Source: Eledone cirrhosa | Lineage: Eukaryota | NCBI GenBank assembly: GCA_964016885.1 | Contig: OZ024740.1 | Location: 314,216,001-314,280,000, forward strand | Direction of reading: 5' to 3' | DNA length: 64,000 nt | Shown here: piece after piece, positions 42,111 through 55,176 of the stretch | Layout of the letters: the number at the start of each line of letters is the position of its first letter | Numbering within the stretch: the stretch's first letter is position 1 | The notes under the pieces: generated by a model | What the model saw: the letters and a program-made list of their open reading frames with translations, nothing else | What the model was told of the DNA's origin: nothing | Databases searched by the model: none | Program-made: the position numbers and the translations under genes

Positions 42111-42609
42111 GATAATAATGATGATGATGATGATGATGATACTGTGTAATAACATGAAAAGGGTCGAAATTATCTCTGACCTTTCTAATTAGTGTCAATT
42201 TTTGTTGTTGGTATTGTGTAACGACACCTGGTCAAGATAAGCTCTGGCCTTTCTAATTTGTGTCAATTGTTATTCATGGAACATTCCTGGCCGAGTAGAC
42301 CAGAGTTGAAGGACATTTTAACCAGGCTCATCTACGGGTGACTAAGAATAGATTATCGGATGGATGTTTTTGTTTTTATTAAGATTGTAGGATATAATTT
42401 GAGAGAGAGCAGGTTGTTATTTTTCATAGATTGAGAAATTACATTGAAAATTCAGTAAATTGATGTCTCTATTAGATCAGTGAATGAAGTCATTTCACTT
42501 CTTATCAGTGAAAATAACGCAACATTTTTTTAAGGCAGGAATTGCTTAAGGGAAATAACCCTGTCTTGCACTTTTCGTTTCCCCTCTATAGTTACAACTG
42601 CTTTTACAA

Positions 42610-42684
<75 letters not shown>

Positions 42685-43629
42685 ATTTACTAAATGTGAA
42701 AATTGTATTTGCTTTTATACGTATCTTGACCAACGGGCAAAAAACGTAATTTATTTTTATAAAAATAAAAACAACTTAACCTTGAATAAATGAATTCAAT
42801 CTGATAATGAATAAACAGTTAATCTATAATACTATATATTCTCTTCATAAATTGACATTCTACTAGAAAACTTACCTATAAACTAAAACAAGCCAATGAA
42901 GAGGTGGGGATGCCTATCTGACCAACGTGGAAGCTTCTATCCGTTCAAACAATCAGCTAGAAATAGCAGCTGAATCTTCCTCAAATCATATCTTACCATT
43001 TTATAGGTGGAAAGACACATTAAATAATGTAGTATTAGATATACTAAGTCTGAAAATAAGACAGTATTGTCTGGGCCTGAATTCTTTAGATCATGGGTTT
43101 CCCCGAGCAGGGACGATCTTGGGCTAACAGTAATGAAAATGGAACATTAGAATACAATGAAATTTTGTAACTCCATAATATTTTTCACAAGTAATTCACG
43201 CGAAAAATACACTTTTATTTTTTAACTTTAAAAATTCAAGTTTGAAGGCACACTTCGTGATGAGGAATTGATTCAGCAACAGTCGTCTGTTTTTTGGTAA
43301 ATAAAAAAGAAACTGAACAATAAGAAATCTTTACTATATTGACAATACATAATGGTGCTTAAAACGTAAACAAAGACATTAAAATAAATATATAAGATCC
43401 ATGTGAAAAATCAAGAATTGACAAAAGGGGAATGAGGGTAAAGTTATAAACAGAGAAAAAGAAAGAAACAGATAAAGACAAATAAAGAGAGGGAGAAAAA
43501 AGAGATGTAGAACGAATGAACGTACTATTGAAGTGGGAATGGGAGAGAGGAAACAGGTTAAGTTTTTAAAAGTTTCTAACGTTACACTGTCAGCGTTAAA
43601 GAAAGAATAAGGTGAGAGTATGGAGTGTG

Positions 43630-44370
43630 CAGAATTGGATTTAGACCTTGGTGGGTCCGTGGCACTTTAGGTTGTTTTTGGGGGAGGTGGGCTCATACAC
43701 AAAAAAAATTAGAATACACAACAAACCCCCCCCCCCTCCAATTTTATATGAATGAATTATTGTGTACAGTGCTCAGGTGCACTACAACTCATCAAAGGCG
43801 CATGTATAGTACACAGAATAATGTACAAATGTCAGGAAAATGAACATTGGCGAGTCATGAAATACATGTGTGCGTGTGTATGGAGGGGGACATCAGGTGT
43901 AGTGTTGGCGAATTTTAGGAAGCATGGAGGCCTTAAAGGATGCAGTGTCTCGACAGCTAACAACTGATGCAGGTAGTTTGTTCCATGCTTCAGCAACTCT
44001 GAGCGTGAAAAAATGTTTCCGAAAGTCATGGGAGCTGTGCTGTTTTCTGATTTTGTAGGCATGCCCACGTGTGTTAGACACATGGAGTTCATAAAGGTGC
44101 TCAGGGTTGTTGTTGGCAAGATGGTTAATGATTTTGTGGATGTGTACCAAGTAAGTTGCCAGGCGTCGGAGTTTCAATGTATCCATATATATCAAAGTCA
44201 GCTTGGTGCAAGTAATTGGAATTAAAAAGTTATACATACAGGTATTAAATTCAAAAATGTTAACCATCCTAAAACTAAAATGCCCAGTTGAGGGCACAAA
44301 TAAATTGCTATGGCCGTGGCTGGTGGGGCCCGAGGCAATTACCTCCTTTGCCCCCATTAAATCCGGCCCT
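43630..44370 (+). mobile_element. PIF/Harbinger-like MITE interrupted by a LINE fragment; partial related copy at 40094-40330
   Basis: Right end taaatccggccct is the inverse of ggggccggattta (40094). Body 43700-43750 + 44185-44280 is colinear with 40135-40290. Confidence 0.6.
43752..44185 (-). mobile_element. CR1/L2-like LINE 3' fragment
   Basis: SNTRGHAYKIRKQ..RKHFFTLRVAEAWNKLPASVV.....SFK is the typical CR1/L2 ORF2 C-terminus. Confidence 0.8.
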
Positions 44371-44987
44371 GGAAGTGTTGTGTGTAGTACACTTCAAATT
44401 CCTCCCAACAAGAGCTTCCTGGATTTCTGAGCAATCTGTTCCTCCAAGATATACAATCAATACATCCGAACCTACAATTTTACTTTTTAAATCTAACCTT
44501 TCTTTCGACTGTGTGTAAACTTCTGGTTCTGTCTATTTCAACTTATATCGGATAATATGAAACTGATGAGGAGTAAATACTCAGGGATGCCATTTGCATG
44601 AAAATATACAGTGTTAACATGTTTAATGTTATGAGCTAAGAAATTACAATTAACTAATATTACACCTGTATATTAGAAAAAAAAACTCATTAACTTCATT
44701 CATTCTGAGGAAGAAGTCAAGGGGAATAACTCCAAAATGTAAATTGTAAAAATATTTTTACTCTCTACATATATTAGCACGGATTTAACTCTTGACTAAT
44801 ATTCTTTAATTAACAGAGCGCTAAGGTGCGTCGTGCAGTGTGTCAAAAACATTTGTAAATATATAAAATTAGTGAAGAAACAATAATTAGCCTCAATTAT
44901 TAGTTTCGGCAAGATTGGCAGGGGATGTAACTCCTAAATAAAAGTTAAATCAAAATGACATATTTAACGACATTAATTGAATAATAT

Positions 44988-45175
44988 GGTGGTGGATTGG
45001 CAGTATCGGTGGAGGGTCGGACGCCATGCTTTCCAGCATAGTTACGTACCTTTACGATGTGAGTTCAAATCCCGCCGAGGTTGACTTTACCTTTCATCCT
45101 TACCGGGTCGATAAAATAAAGTACCAGTAATGCACTGGGTAATTGCTGGCCTTGTGCCTAAAGTAGAAACAATTA
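44988..45175 (+). mobile_element. tRNA-derived SINE with target-site duplication
   Basis: attaattgaataatatggt occurs on both sides. Confidence 0.88.
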
Positions 45176-45223
45176 ATTGAATAATATGGTATAACACAAT
45201 AATCATTCTTCCACTATCGTTAT

Positions 45224-45264
<41 letters not shown>

Positions 45265-45305
45265 CATATATACATATATACATATATATATATTTATATA
45301 TATAT

Positions 45306-45745
45306 ATACTAGCAGTGGTACCCGGCGTTGCATGGGGTAAGGTATTTTGGAACGCGGGCTGCGAATCGTGGAAAAACTGCATGCATGGACAATATGTAAA
45401 GAAAATAAACCGAATACTCTGATGGCTGGATAATCTTTACGATTTTCCTCGATGAAGCAGGAGAAATGCAGGTTTTCACCTAATGAGGGCCATACATACA
45501 GACAGATATTATAAGGGCGCGACATTATATGTATGTATCTATCTGAAAGGAGAAAGACTAAGAATTATAGAGAGAGATCGTTAAATCGCCTAATGCGGTC
45601 CCTAGGGCATTAAAAATTTGAAATTTCTTTTGCTCAGAACACTCCTTGAAACATAAGTATTATATGTGTAAAGTTTGAAAACAGTCGGTTGGGTGATTCT
45701 TGAGTTTTAGGGATTCAAACTCACACACACACACAGACATCCTCA

Positions 45746-45752
<7 letters not shown>
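45306..45752 (+). mobile_element. Non-autonomous Helentron/DINE-1-like element
   Basis: Starts tatactagcagtggtacccggcgttgc and ends (CA)n-gacatcctcagttttatata, the usual architecture of this class. Confidence 0.55.
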
Positions 45753-45824
<72 letters not shown>

Positions 45825-46104
45825 GCGGCATCAGTGGTGCTTCATGAATGCAATGCTTGTATTGCATGTTTAACATATATAAATGCATGCAAATATCAAA
45901 TCTAATTTTTAAATAAATCTTTCATTTTTATGGGAAGCAACTGGAAAATGTTTGAATCTATAGCTACATGATTCACTACTTCAGTTATATGGCTTAGTGG
46001 CTTAGATATCATAAGTATATATCAGGTAAACATAGTAATAAGTTCCAGGCCTTCTCTCTGACATGCCAGTAATTATATAGGAGGGATTAATGATTATATG
46101 AATG

Positions 46105-46202
46105 CAGGGTGGCCTCAAAAATGTACACACACTTTCATTACATGTACAGGCAATAATTATTAGAATGCTGTTGAAGTGTATATATATATTTTGGGGGAAC
46201 AC

Positions 46203-46206
<4 letters not shown>
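46105..46206. mobile_element. Short Tc1-like MITE
   Basis: Termini cagggtggcctcaaaa / ttttgggggaacaccctg. Confidence 0.5.
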
Positions 46207-46287
<81 letters not shown>

Positions 46288-46431
46288 CAGCGTTAATTAA
46301 AAACGTTGTGAAGTAATAACAGAAAATATGGAGGAATATGAAAAGTTGAGAGAAAAATATGAGGTAATAAATAGAAAACTAAAGGATTTGCAAGTACCAG
46401 AAAATTAGAGAACATTATTAGACAGAATTGA

Positions 46432-46618
46432 GGCGGTGAATTGGCAGTATTGGTAGAGGGTCGGACGCCATGCTTTCCAGCGTAGTTACGTCCCTTTACG
46501 ATCTGAGTTCAAATCCCGCCGAGGTTAACTTTGCCTTTCATCCTTACGGGGTCGATAAAATAAAGTACCAGTAATACACTGGGTAATTGCTGGCCTTGTG
46601 CCAAAAGTAGAAACAATT
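46432..46618 (+). mobile_element. tRNA-derived SINE with target-site duplication
   Basis: attattagacagaattgag occurs on both sides. Confidence 0.88.
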
Positions 46619-48004
46619 ATTAGACAGAATTGAGAAAAGATGGATATAGAGAATAATTAGAAAAACTTTATCAGAAGAGAATCTTTGGCAAACAATATTT
46701 CTAGGTTTTCTGCACTGCACACTTTGCATGGTTTTTTGATATCCAAGTACGATTTTTGATACCCAAGTACGATGGAAGAGTGTAGATTTGTTTTGATGAT
46801 GATGATGATGATATTAATGATATTGATAATGATGATAATATTGTTAATGATGTTATTCATGTTACTGATGACGATGATGATGGTGTTGCTGCTGATGCTA
46901 ATAACGACGATGCTGATATTGACGATAATATGATGTTGATAGTGATGATATTGTAAATACCACAATACCTATGTTAAAGTAGAAAGTATTTTTAAAGAAA
47001 AGAAATAGATTGACGCTATAAATGTGATTACTCAAGATTAAAGGGTGGGTTAAACCAAAAAATATTATTTTCCTGTTTCTATAATTTAGTTGCTTATGCA
47101 TGAATGTAATAAATTTCATTTTCTGCTTGGATCCATTTTCGCATTTACATTAATTTACTTCATTAATTGCTGGTTTAATCATTCTGAAATTATGCCAAAC
47201 CTTTAAACTCCTCTATTGCTATATTTATACAATCAAATCTGTTTCTCATTGCTTAGCCTTTTTTAGCTTTATTTGCTATATCTATTTGCTTAGCTCATCA
47301 TTTTCTGTTATATAAAAATATTTATATACTCACATATTTTACTTCCTCCATATCATCTCAAATCTTTGGAAAGGATTGCTAACAATACCTATTTCCACTT
47401 ATCTTTACATTCTTGGTCTATTAGCATTGTAAAATCATGCTTATGCTCTTTATACTTACTATCTTGGTTTTATCCGACTAACTCTTTCTATCTTATCTAA
47501 TTTGAAGTTCTTTTAATTTTAACATTTTCTTATTTCTCTTAATAGGAAGCCAACTAAATTTGATCTTTCACTTCAATCAGATTATCTTTACCCTTACTAA
47601 TCCTTGTTTTTCCCACTATTAATTTTTTTTCAGCAATTCTCTAAAGTTCTTCATTCCCTTACTTACACTGGACCTTAACCAATTATTAACTTTTCTTTTT
47701 ATCCCCCCTCATACTTTCTTTATTGTGCGCTCCCTTTTTAATACTCAGTATCCATTTTACCTATATTCCCTATAGATATTGTATTTTCCGTCTGTCTTCA
47801 TTTAATCATATGTCGGAGCTTTCTTCCTTTCCACCTTTCACTGCACTTAATGTTTTATCTCTTATTTGCATTAGTGATAATATTTTCTAAGATCATTTAT
47901 AGTTATAACACTTTCCTTTATAACATTGCACGTGCACTCTTACATACATGTGTGTGTTTCTACTTAAGGTACTTATGATATTTTGTTTGTTGGTAATTTA
48001 TATT

Positions 48005-48062
<58 letters not shown>

Positions 48063-48112
48063 CGTTTTCAAATGCCTGTGTATATATATATGTATATATA
48101 TATATGTGAGTT

Positions 48113-48241
<129 letters not shown>

Positions 48242-48388
48242 GTGTGTGTGTGTACATATATATATATACACAGGCATATGTGTATATATATATATAATTT
48301 GTGTACGTTTACATATGCGTATATATATGTGTATATATATATATATATATAATTTTTGTACGTTTATATATGCGTATATATATATATA

Positions 48389-48456
<68 letters not shown>

Positions 48457-49236
48457 TCTATTACTTCATTTTATGTATTTATTCTATTTTTCTTTGGATT
48501 ATTTTTATTATTATTGCCTACTCATTATTTCCTCTTCCGTAGCATGACTTTACTTTCTTGTCCTCATTTAGTAATTCTCTACTGGAGAATTTCCTATCTC
48601 CAAATAGACTTTGTCCATTTATACTGACTCTGTTTTACCCATCTTTCTGAATTAGTTATCTCTATATCTCTTCATTTCTATCTTTCTTTCTTCCCTATCA
48701 TCCCTCTATACTTTCATTTACTCCTCTATTTCGATATCACAGTCTTTCCCATATGTTTACTTTATCTATAAATCATTCTTTTTTAACCATCTCTTTTTGT
48801 CAGGGTTTTCCGGTTATATCTCCCCGTTTAGTTATCTCAGTTTTTTTTATATTTTCACCCATATTATATAATGTATTCTTTACCTTAGTAGTTTAGTTTC
48901 CTCTGACGATTCAAAAGGTTTAACAGGCTGAGCAAGACATACATACATACATACATACATACATACATACATACATACATACATACATACATACATACAT
49001 ACATACATACATACATTTTTTTTTTAAACATCTTTCGGTAGCGTGGTATAGCACGCAACATCGAACACTGGATTTGTCCCTTTTATTTTCCTCGGAAGAA
49101 GAGATTTAAATCTCGAAATATCAGTACATATAAATAAATTAAGGTAAACAACACAACACCTTGTTTCACTCTTTATTTATTCGTCAGTTTCGCATTGTCG
49201 TGGCTTTCAAACTTCAAACTTTATATATATATATAA

Positions 49237-49440
49237 ATAGGAAATTTGTCAGGGCCCCGACGGCTGAGCTCCGGCCGTTTCGACAGCTAGATCCGAACGG
49301 TAGCGGATCAAGCTGTCGAAACGGCCGGAGCTCTGCCGTCGGGGTCCTGACTCTTTTCCTATCACCCACTCTACTACCCCAAGTATCGAGTACTCTGGTG
49401 CGTTATGATCCACCTTGTTCCTTACCACACTTTCTTTGTT
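49237..49440 (+). mobile_element. Fold-back PLE-type remnant (family B)
   Basis: Inverted repeat 49237-49362 plus a tail with ctctactac..aagtat.gagtactctggtgcgttatg, in (TA)n. Relatives at 49477-49674, 58991-59210, 14350-14410(-) and 63090-63175(-). Confidence 0.65.
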
Positions 49441-49476
49441 ATATATATATATATATATATATGGGGGGGGGGGGGG

Positions 49477-49673
49477 TAATAGGAAAATGTATGACCCCGA
49501 CGGCAGAGCTCAAGCCGTTTCGACGGCTATTTCTGCGTCCAGAAATAGCCGTCGAAACGGCTTGAGCTCTGTCGTCGGAGTCATACATTTTCCTATTACC
49601 CACTCTACTACCATAAGTATTGAGTACTCTGGTGCGTTATGGTCCATCTGGTTCCTTACCACAACTCCTTCGT

Positions 49674-49674
<1 letters not shown>
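49477..49674 (+). mobile_element. Fold-back PLE-type remnant (family B, second copy)
   Basis: Inverted repeat 49477-49598 plus the same tail. Confidence 0.65.
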
Positions 49675-49726
<52 letters not shown>

Positions 49727-50748
49727 CTACCTAAGGTTTTCAACTTCAACCAGCTTCGGACAAACAGCGCCTTTCCATCGATATATGGATTGGTGCATTA
49801 TGAATTGACTCAAGGCCTCCGGGCAAACGTCTGAGGGGGGCAACCCCGAACACCATGTAGTACTGTCTGGTCAGGGTCCCCACAGTCACATGCTGGACTG
49901 CCTTTAATTTCCAATCGATGGAGATGATGGGTTTGTCCTGGCATGTGTTACGTGGACCCGATTAAGGGATACCCTATGCTTTCTGGGTTGCTTATATATA
50001 AATTAGGGCTCATTCTACTCATCAATTTTATTGGCTAAGTTGTCGGTGATTTTGTGTCTATTTGTGGATTCGTTATTATATCTGGTTTCTCTTGGTAGAC
50101 GTTTTCTTTGCTTTCATTGGTTGACGTTTTCTTTGCTTTCATTGGTTGATTTTTATCTTTTTTTTTATTATTGTCCTACTATTGCTTTTCATTCGGCAAT
50201 TCATTTATTGTTTTGTCTTTATTAATTGATTTCAATCAATTACTGTCCTTAATGTCTACTTTATGTAAACCCTTGTGGTTAATAAAGAAAGTATTATTAA
50301 TATGGATTATTATTATTTATTATTACTATAAGGATGGGGAAGGCGGTGGATTGCCAATATCGGTAGAACGTCAGACAACAAGTTTTGCGGCATAGAGTTA
50401 CGTCTCTTTACGTTCTGATATCAAATCCGGCCAAAGTTAGCTTTGTCTTCCATCCTTACAGGGTCGATAAAATAAAGTACCAATAATTTACTGGGGAGAT
50501 TTAATCGACTTTCCACTCCCCATAAATTGTGTTTAAATCAGAAACCATTAATACATTATGTAGTAGTAGTAGTAGTAGAAGTAGTAGTAGTAGTAGTAGT
50601 TAATGTTGTTGTTGTTGTATACAAGAACAAGCGTTTTAACGCCAATTTTCCCCTGCTGGCCCCAGGGATTCCGTTTTTAAACCATTGTTTTACAGCTGTT
50701 CGATCTTCCTGGTGCCAACCTTTTTAGTTGCATCTTACGTCACGCACG

Positions 50749-50807
<59 letters not shown>

Positions 50808-52559
50808 TTGCGAATTGTAATCAAATATACATTATTCTTCCCAAACTACAATTCAAGTAAAAGCTTTGAGTATATTTACTGCCATGGAAAATAATAGTTA
50901 TCAAAGTAAAACTGAAAAGATATTTAATGCATTGACGTAAGTGCTGACTGGTTTGAATGATTTATGGACAGAGTTCAGCTGCATTATGTAAAGATTTGAG
51001 AAGAGTCAGCCATTACTGCTAAAGACGCTGCAACAAAGCATCCTTGTCTTTTGAAGAAAAGAATTGAAGAACAGAGATAGACTGAGCAACAAATTTTACA
51101 TATGGATGATATTGAATTTATTTGAGAAATGAATGTCTTTAAAATGTTATATTACTAAATATGAAACATTTCAACTAGGATATAAAGTTTGTATGGATCG
51201 TTTGACTTTATATTTGGAAGAAGTGCTGTCGGAAATTTAAAGTAAAAACCAATGTCTGTATATCGTTCACAAGTTCACGTTCACTTAGCTCTTTGATATT
51301 TTGACAAGACAATAAAATGTCCCAAATCTTGTTTTAAAGACAAGTTTTCTACATAATTTTGTCCAGGTGATGAAAAATATTATATGTAATATTGTCCAGG
51401 AAATAAAAAATATTGCATCTACAGTATTACTACTTTTGGATAAAACCTCTAATTAACTAACTTACACTTGATCATTTGCGTAAAACAGACCAAGGAACAA
51501 TCCCAACATTACGAGATTGCAACTTGCCAACCATCTACAAAACATGTTTGCACTCAAATAACAGATTCCACTGTAATTTCTTCAGTTGAGTTCTGGGGGA
51601 AATATACCAAAAATAATATTGACAATACTGTTATACTTTCGGAGGGTCATTTTGGTCCCTCCCAAAGTATAACAATATCTTTCAGCACACGATTTCACAT
51701 CTAGAATCTTGTAAAACCAATACAAAATCGAAGATATTAATAACGTTCACCATGTTTGGATGCTTGTGAGGAAGTAACTTCAAGCGACATGCATGGAGAG
51801 TAGGTTATTATTATTTTTATTATTATTGTCATTTTTTGGCTCTGCGTAAATAATTTTGAAATATTTCCTGCAATAAACTGCAAACTGTCGTTCAAGAAAT
51901 TGAGAAACAGTTTAATTTTAATGAAGAGGTTCCCTCAAATGTGTATGATTTGCACGACTCTCATGTGGAATAATTGTCTAGTGATGAATTTTCTTTCGAT
52001 GAACAAGAAGCATACAAAGAAAAAGAAAATAATGAAGATTCTAATAAACATATGAAAGAGTTTTTAATGAAGGAATATGAAAATATATTTAGAAATGTGG
52101 AAATATTAAACGAATTGACCGTGGATGCTGATTTCCACATTGAAATAATCCTGCAAATCCGCCGCCATTTTGCCAAAATTATAAAGTTTATACAGCCAGA
52201 AAATATGGAAAATTAAAATTTTGAATTTTAATTGTTAATATTGAATTTCGAATATAAAGTAAGTTACTGTAGGTTTTCACACTGAAAAAGAAAATATTTG
52301 AGTTTTACAAAATTTCGGCTGATATTGCTAGAATCTGGATGTCACGTGTGATAACACCAGCTTGTATAAAATCAGTAACATCTGTTTATTACATTATCTT
52401 TACCTGTTGATGACGGAGTTGTGTATATGTGTAATGAGGTCCGACTTCATCAAATGATTTCAGCATCTCAGCAAATCTTTATGGTCGACCAACAGCTTTT
52501 CTTTCTTCCATATCCCTGGTGGCTTCTTTGAACCTATAACTGTCAACTGGGATAGTTGG

Positions 52560-53000
52560 TCCCTTTGTTGAATATACTGGAGGTATTCCCTCTTCTTTTC
52601 ACTCATTCTCCAGATTCATCAACCTTTCACAATAACATTTCTAACCCTATTTCTTCTGAGCGTTTGTGAAGGTAAGTGCACAGGTGTCATTCCGAACACA
52701 CTTTTCTTCAACGACATCTTGATTCACACTGACACATGCTTTGCAATCTGAAACACCTCACATTTCAGCACATTGACAAGCCTTCTACGAGGTATGTAAA
52801 CCTGTCGTCTAGTTTCTCTTTTAGCTACTTGATATTATTCTTTGCTGGCCCCATTTTTCCAATCTTTCCATATCTGTCTCTTTAATAGCTCGCTATTCCA
52901 CGGCTAAGTCACCTTCTGTTTGGTTGGTACTTTGCTGCTCCAGCCACAAGCCTCATCAGTAGCTTGCAGCAGATTTTCATATAGAAACTTCCAATTGTTC
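52560..53000 (-). mobile_element. Decayed RTE-like LINE fragment
   Basis: Minus-strand reading gives LLQATDEACGWSSK and an RT-upstream-like region; heavily disrupted. Confidence 0.4.
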
Positions 53001-54153
53001 TCTAAATCATATCTATCTCCTCCCCCCCCCCCCTCTCGTCATACGCATCCCATAGGACTTTTATAAACCTATGTTTAACTGTGAGGTCCCTTAACTACTA
53101 CGCCCTCCTTCTCAAGATTGTTCTGCATTCCTGATTCCTTAAGATTATTATTCTGATATCACTGATAACTAACTTTTGATAGTACATTCCTCCTTGGGAA
53201 AAGTCCTGTCCTATTATCCATAGTCATTTATCTATCCTATTTTCTATATATGTAATGTATGTATGTAGGTGTTTTTATGTATTCACAAATACATACATTC
53301 ACATTTATTTAAACACCTACATATATACACAGGCCTCTAGATTTTCATTTAAAACTATTTTACTCCGTACCTTCCAGTTGGTTGACTAAGTACACCTACC
53401 CAGTTTTAATTAACTTTACAATCTGAAATTGACTGTGTTCAGATAGAGATAAAACATTTTTTCTTATTACATCATATAGTATTCATTACTCCTGTATAAG
53501 GGCGGTGGATTGGCAATATCGGTAGAGTGTCGGAAACCATGCTTTGCAGGATAGAGTTACGGCCCTTTACGTTCTGAGTTAAAATTCCTCCTAGGTTAGC
53601 TTTGCCTTTCATCCTTATGGGGGCTTGATAAAATAAAGCACCAGTAACATACTGGGGTCAATTTAATCGACCCCCCCGCCCTTCAAAAAAAGAAATAGTT
53701 GGCCTTCTGCCTAAATCAGAAACCATTATTCATCACCCCTGCATTAACACCCGTTTTCTTATGGTGATGTGGGTTTGCTTAGTCTGCTTTGCAATATCAT
53801 AATAATTGTAACATTTTAACAGAGCCACACTTAAACAAAGAGCTGTCCATAAAATCTTAACTCTCTTTACTCCCTCTTCTTATACATTCTTTCTCCTGCC
53901 ACTTCTCCTCACACTTCTTATACTATCTTTCTCCGTCACTCAATCTTCCTCCCACTTCTTGTACTTTTTTTCTCCTTTACTCAGTCCTCCTCCCACTTCT
54001 CTCTCTTTCTATTTATTCTGCTCATTCTATTTGTTCTCAAACACAACCTCTTCACTATACCCTCTCTACATAACCTGCTGTAAACCATTTATCCTACACT
54101 ACCTTCCAAAATCCTCTGCTGATTTCCATATTTATTTTGTATCTCTTCCAAAG

Positions 54154-54498
54154 GGGACAACAGCAGCAAGTAAACATTTTTACAAACAGTATCTGACGAA
54201 GAAGACAATGGCTCAGGGACTGTTGGACATTTCCTTACTCATGTCTAATATGTCACAATTGAAATCGGTTCTGGACAGCGGTGGAGCGAACAGTTACTAC
54301 ATATTGCTCATCAGTCTCATCTCGATGTCACTTGTCTTACAAGTGATTGTAGCACACCTGTTGTGGATACTCGCTGTGTCCAGAGGTCAGACTCAAGAAC
54401 AGTTACAAAGGGAGGATTTGTTAAACAACATTATAACTGCTTTTATATTGATTATAACTATCAGCAATGTCTTCATAACAGCGTTTGCTGTGCAATAA
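54154..54498 (+). CDS. Ninjurin-family membrane protein, terminal coding exon (5' exon(s) not identified)
   Basis: YLTKKTMAQGLLDISLLMSNMSQLK...YYILLISLISMSLVLQVIV...LNNIITAFILIITISNVFITAF is colinear with the Ninjurin domain. A polypyrimidine tract and AG precede it at 54131-54153; stop TAA 54496-54498 with overlapping AATAAA motifs. Confidence 0.88.
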   Translation, partial: GTTAASKHFYKQYLTKKTMAQGLLDISLLMSNMSQLKSVLDSGGANSYYILLISLISMSLVLQVIVAHLLWILAVSRGQTQEQLQREDLLNNIITAFILIITISNVFITAFAVQ

Positions 54499-54865
54499 AG
54501 AATAAATATTGACCGAGTATTTTTTATTGGAGTCATATGAAGTTTATTCTTATTGTTATATCATCATCGCCACCATTATCATCGTTTTCATCATAATCTT
54601 CGTCTTCATCATCATCGTTATCATCATCGTTATCATCATCATCATCATCGTCGTCATCACCATCATCATCATCGTCGTCGTCGTCGTCATCATCACCATC
54701 ACCATCATCATCATCATCATCATCATCATCATTGCTTTTGAATGAATAAGACATGCTTACTTCATGTCGACAGGTTTTGCAGATATTATTGAAAGTTTGC
54801 CATTTCGGGACTTATTGATATTTATCCTGTTCTTTTTTCTTATTGAACACATCAATACTCTAAAT

Positions 54866-55176
54866 CAGAGGTTCTCAAAGTGGGCGATACCACCCTCCAC
54901 GGAGCATAGAGAAGATCCAATGGGGCGCTGGGGCCTAAGGAGGTGGTAGAGATGATATAATAGTATATTAAATATCAAATGATACATATTATATATATAT
55001 ATAGTAAAATAAATCTTATAGTATATATTATATTATTTATTATATATAAATTAACGATTTAATTTATTATATATTATTTACAATGTGCGTGTAGACAGGT
55101 CTCTCTGGAAATAGGGATGGGGGCACTGAGGGTATTACGAGGGTATTACGTGGACCAAACAATTTGAGAACCTCTG
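54866..55176. mobile_element. hAT (Charlie-like) MITE
   Basis: Perfect 14-bp TIRs cagaggttctcaaa / tttgagaacctctg; TSD not preserved. Confidence 0.7.

Noticed and set aside
44560-44590. CTGATGA followed by a small hairpin (also CTGATGA at ~7968)
   Set aside because: No downstream GAAA or stem III.
51974-52216. 80-aa acidic ORF in non-repetitive-looking sequence
   Set aside because: TTG start, no recognisable domain and no clear splice context; probably a decayed transposon, but I cannot assign it.
53959-54153. N-terminal 65 codons of the 179-aa ORF preceding the Ninjurin domain
   Set aside because: CTG start and pyrimidine-rich composition ending in an AG acceptor; this reads as intron.
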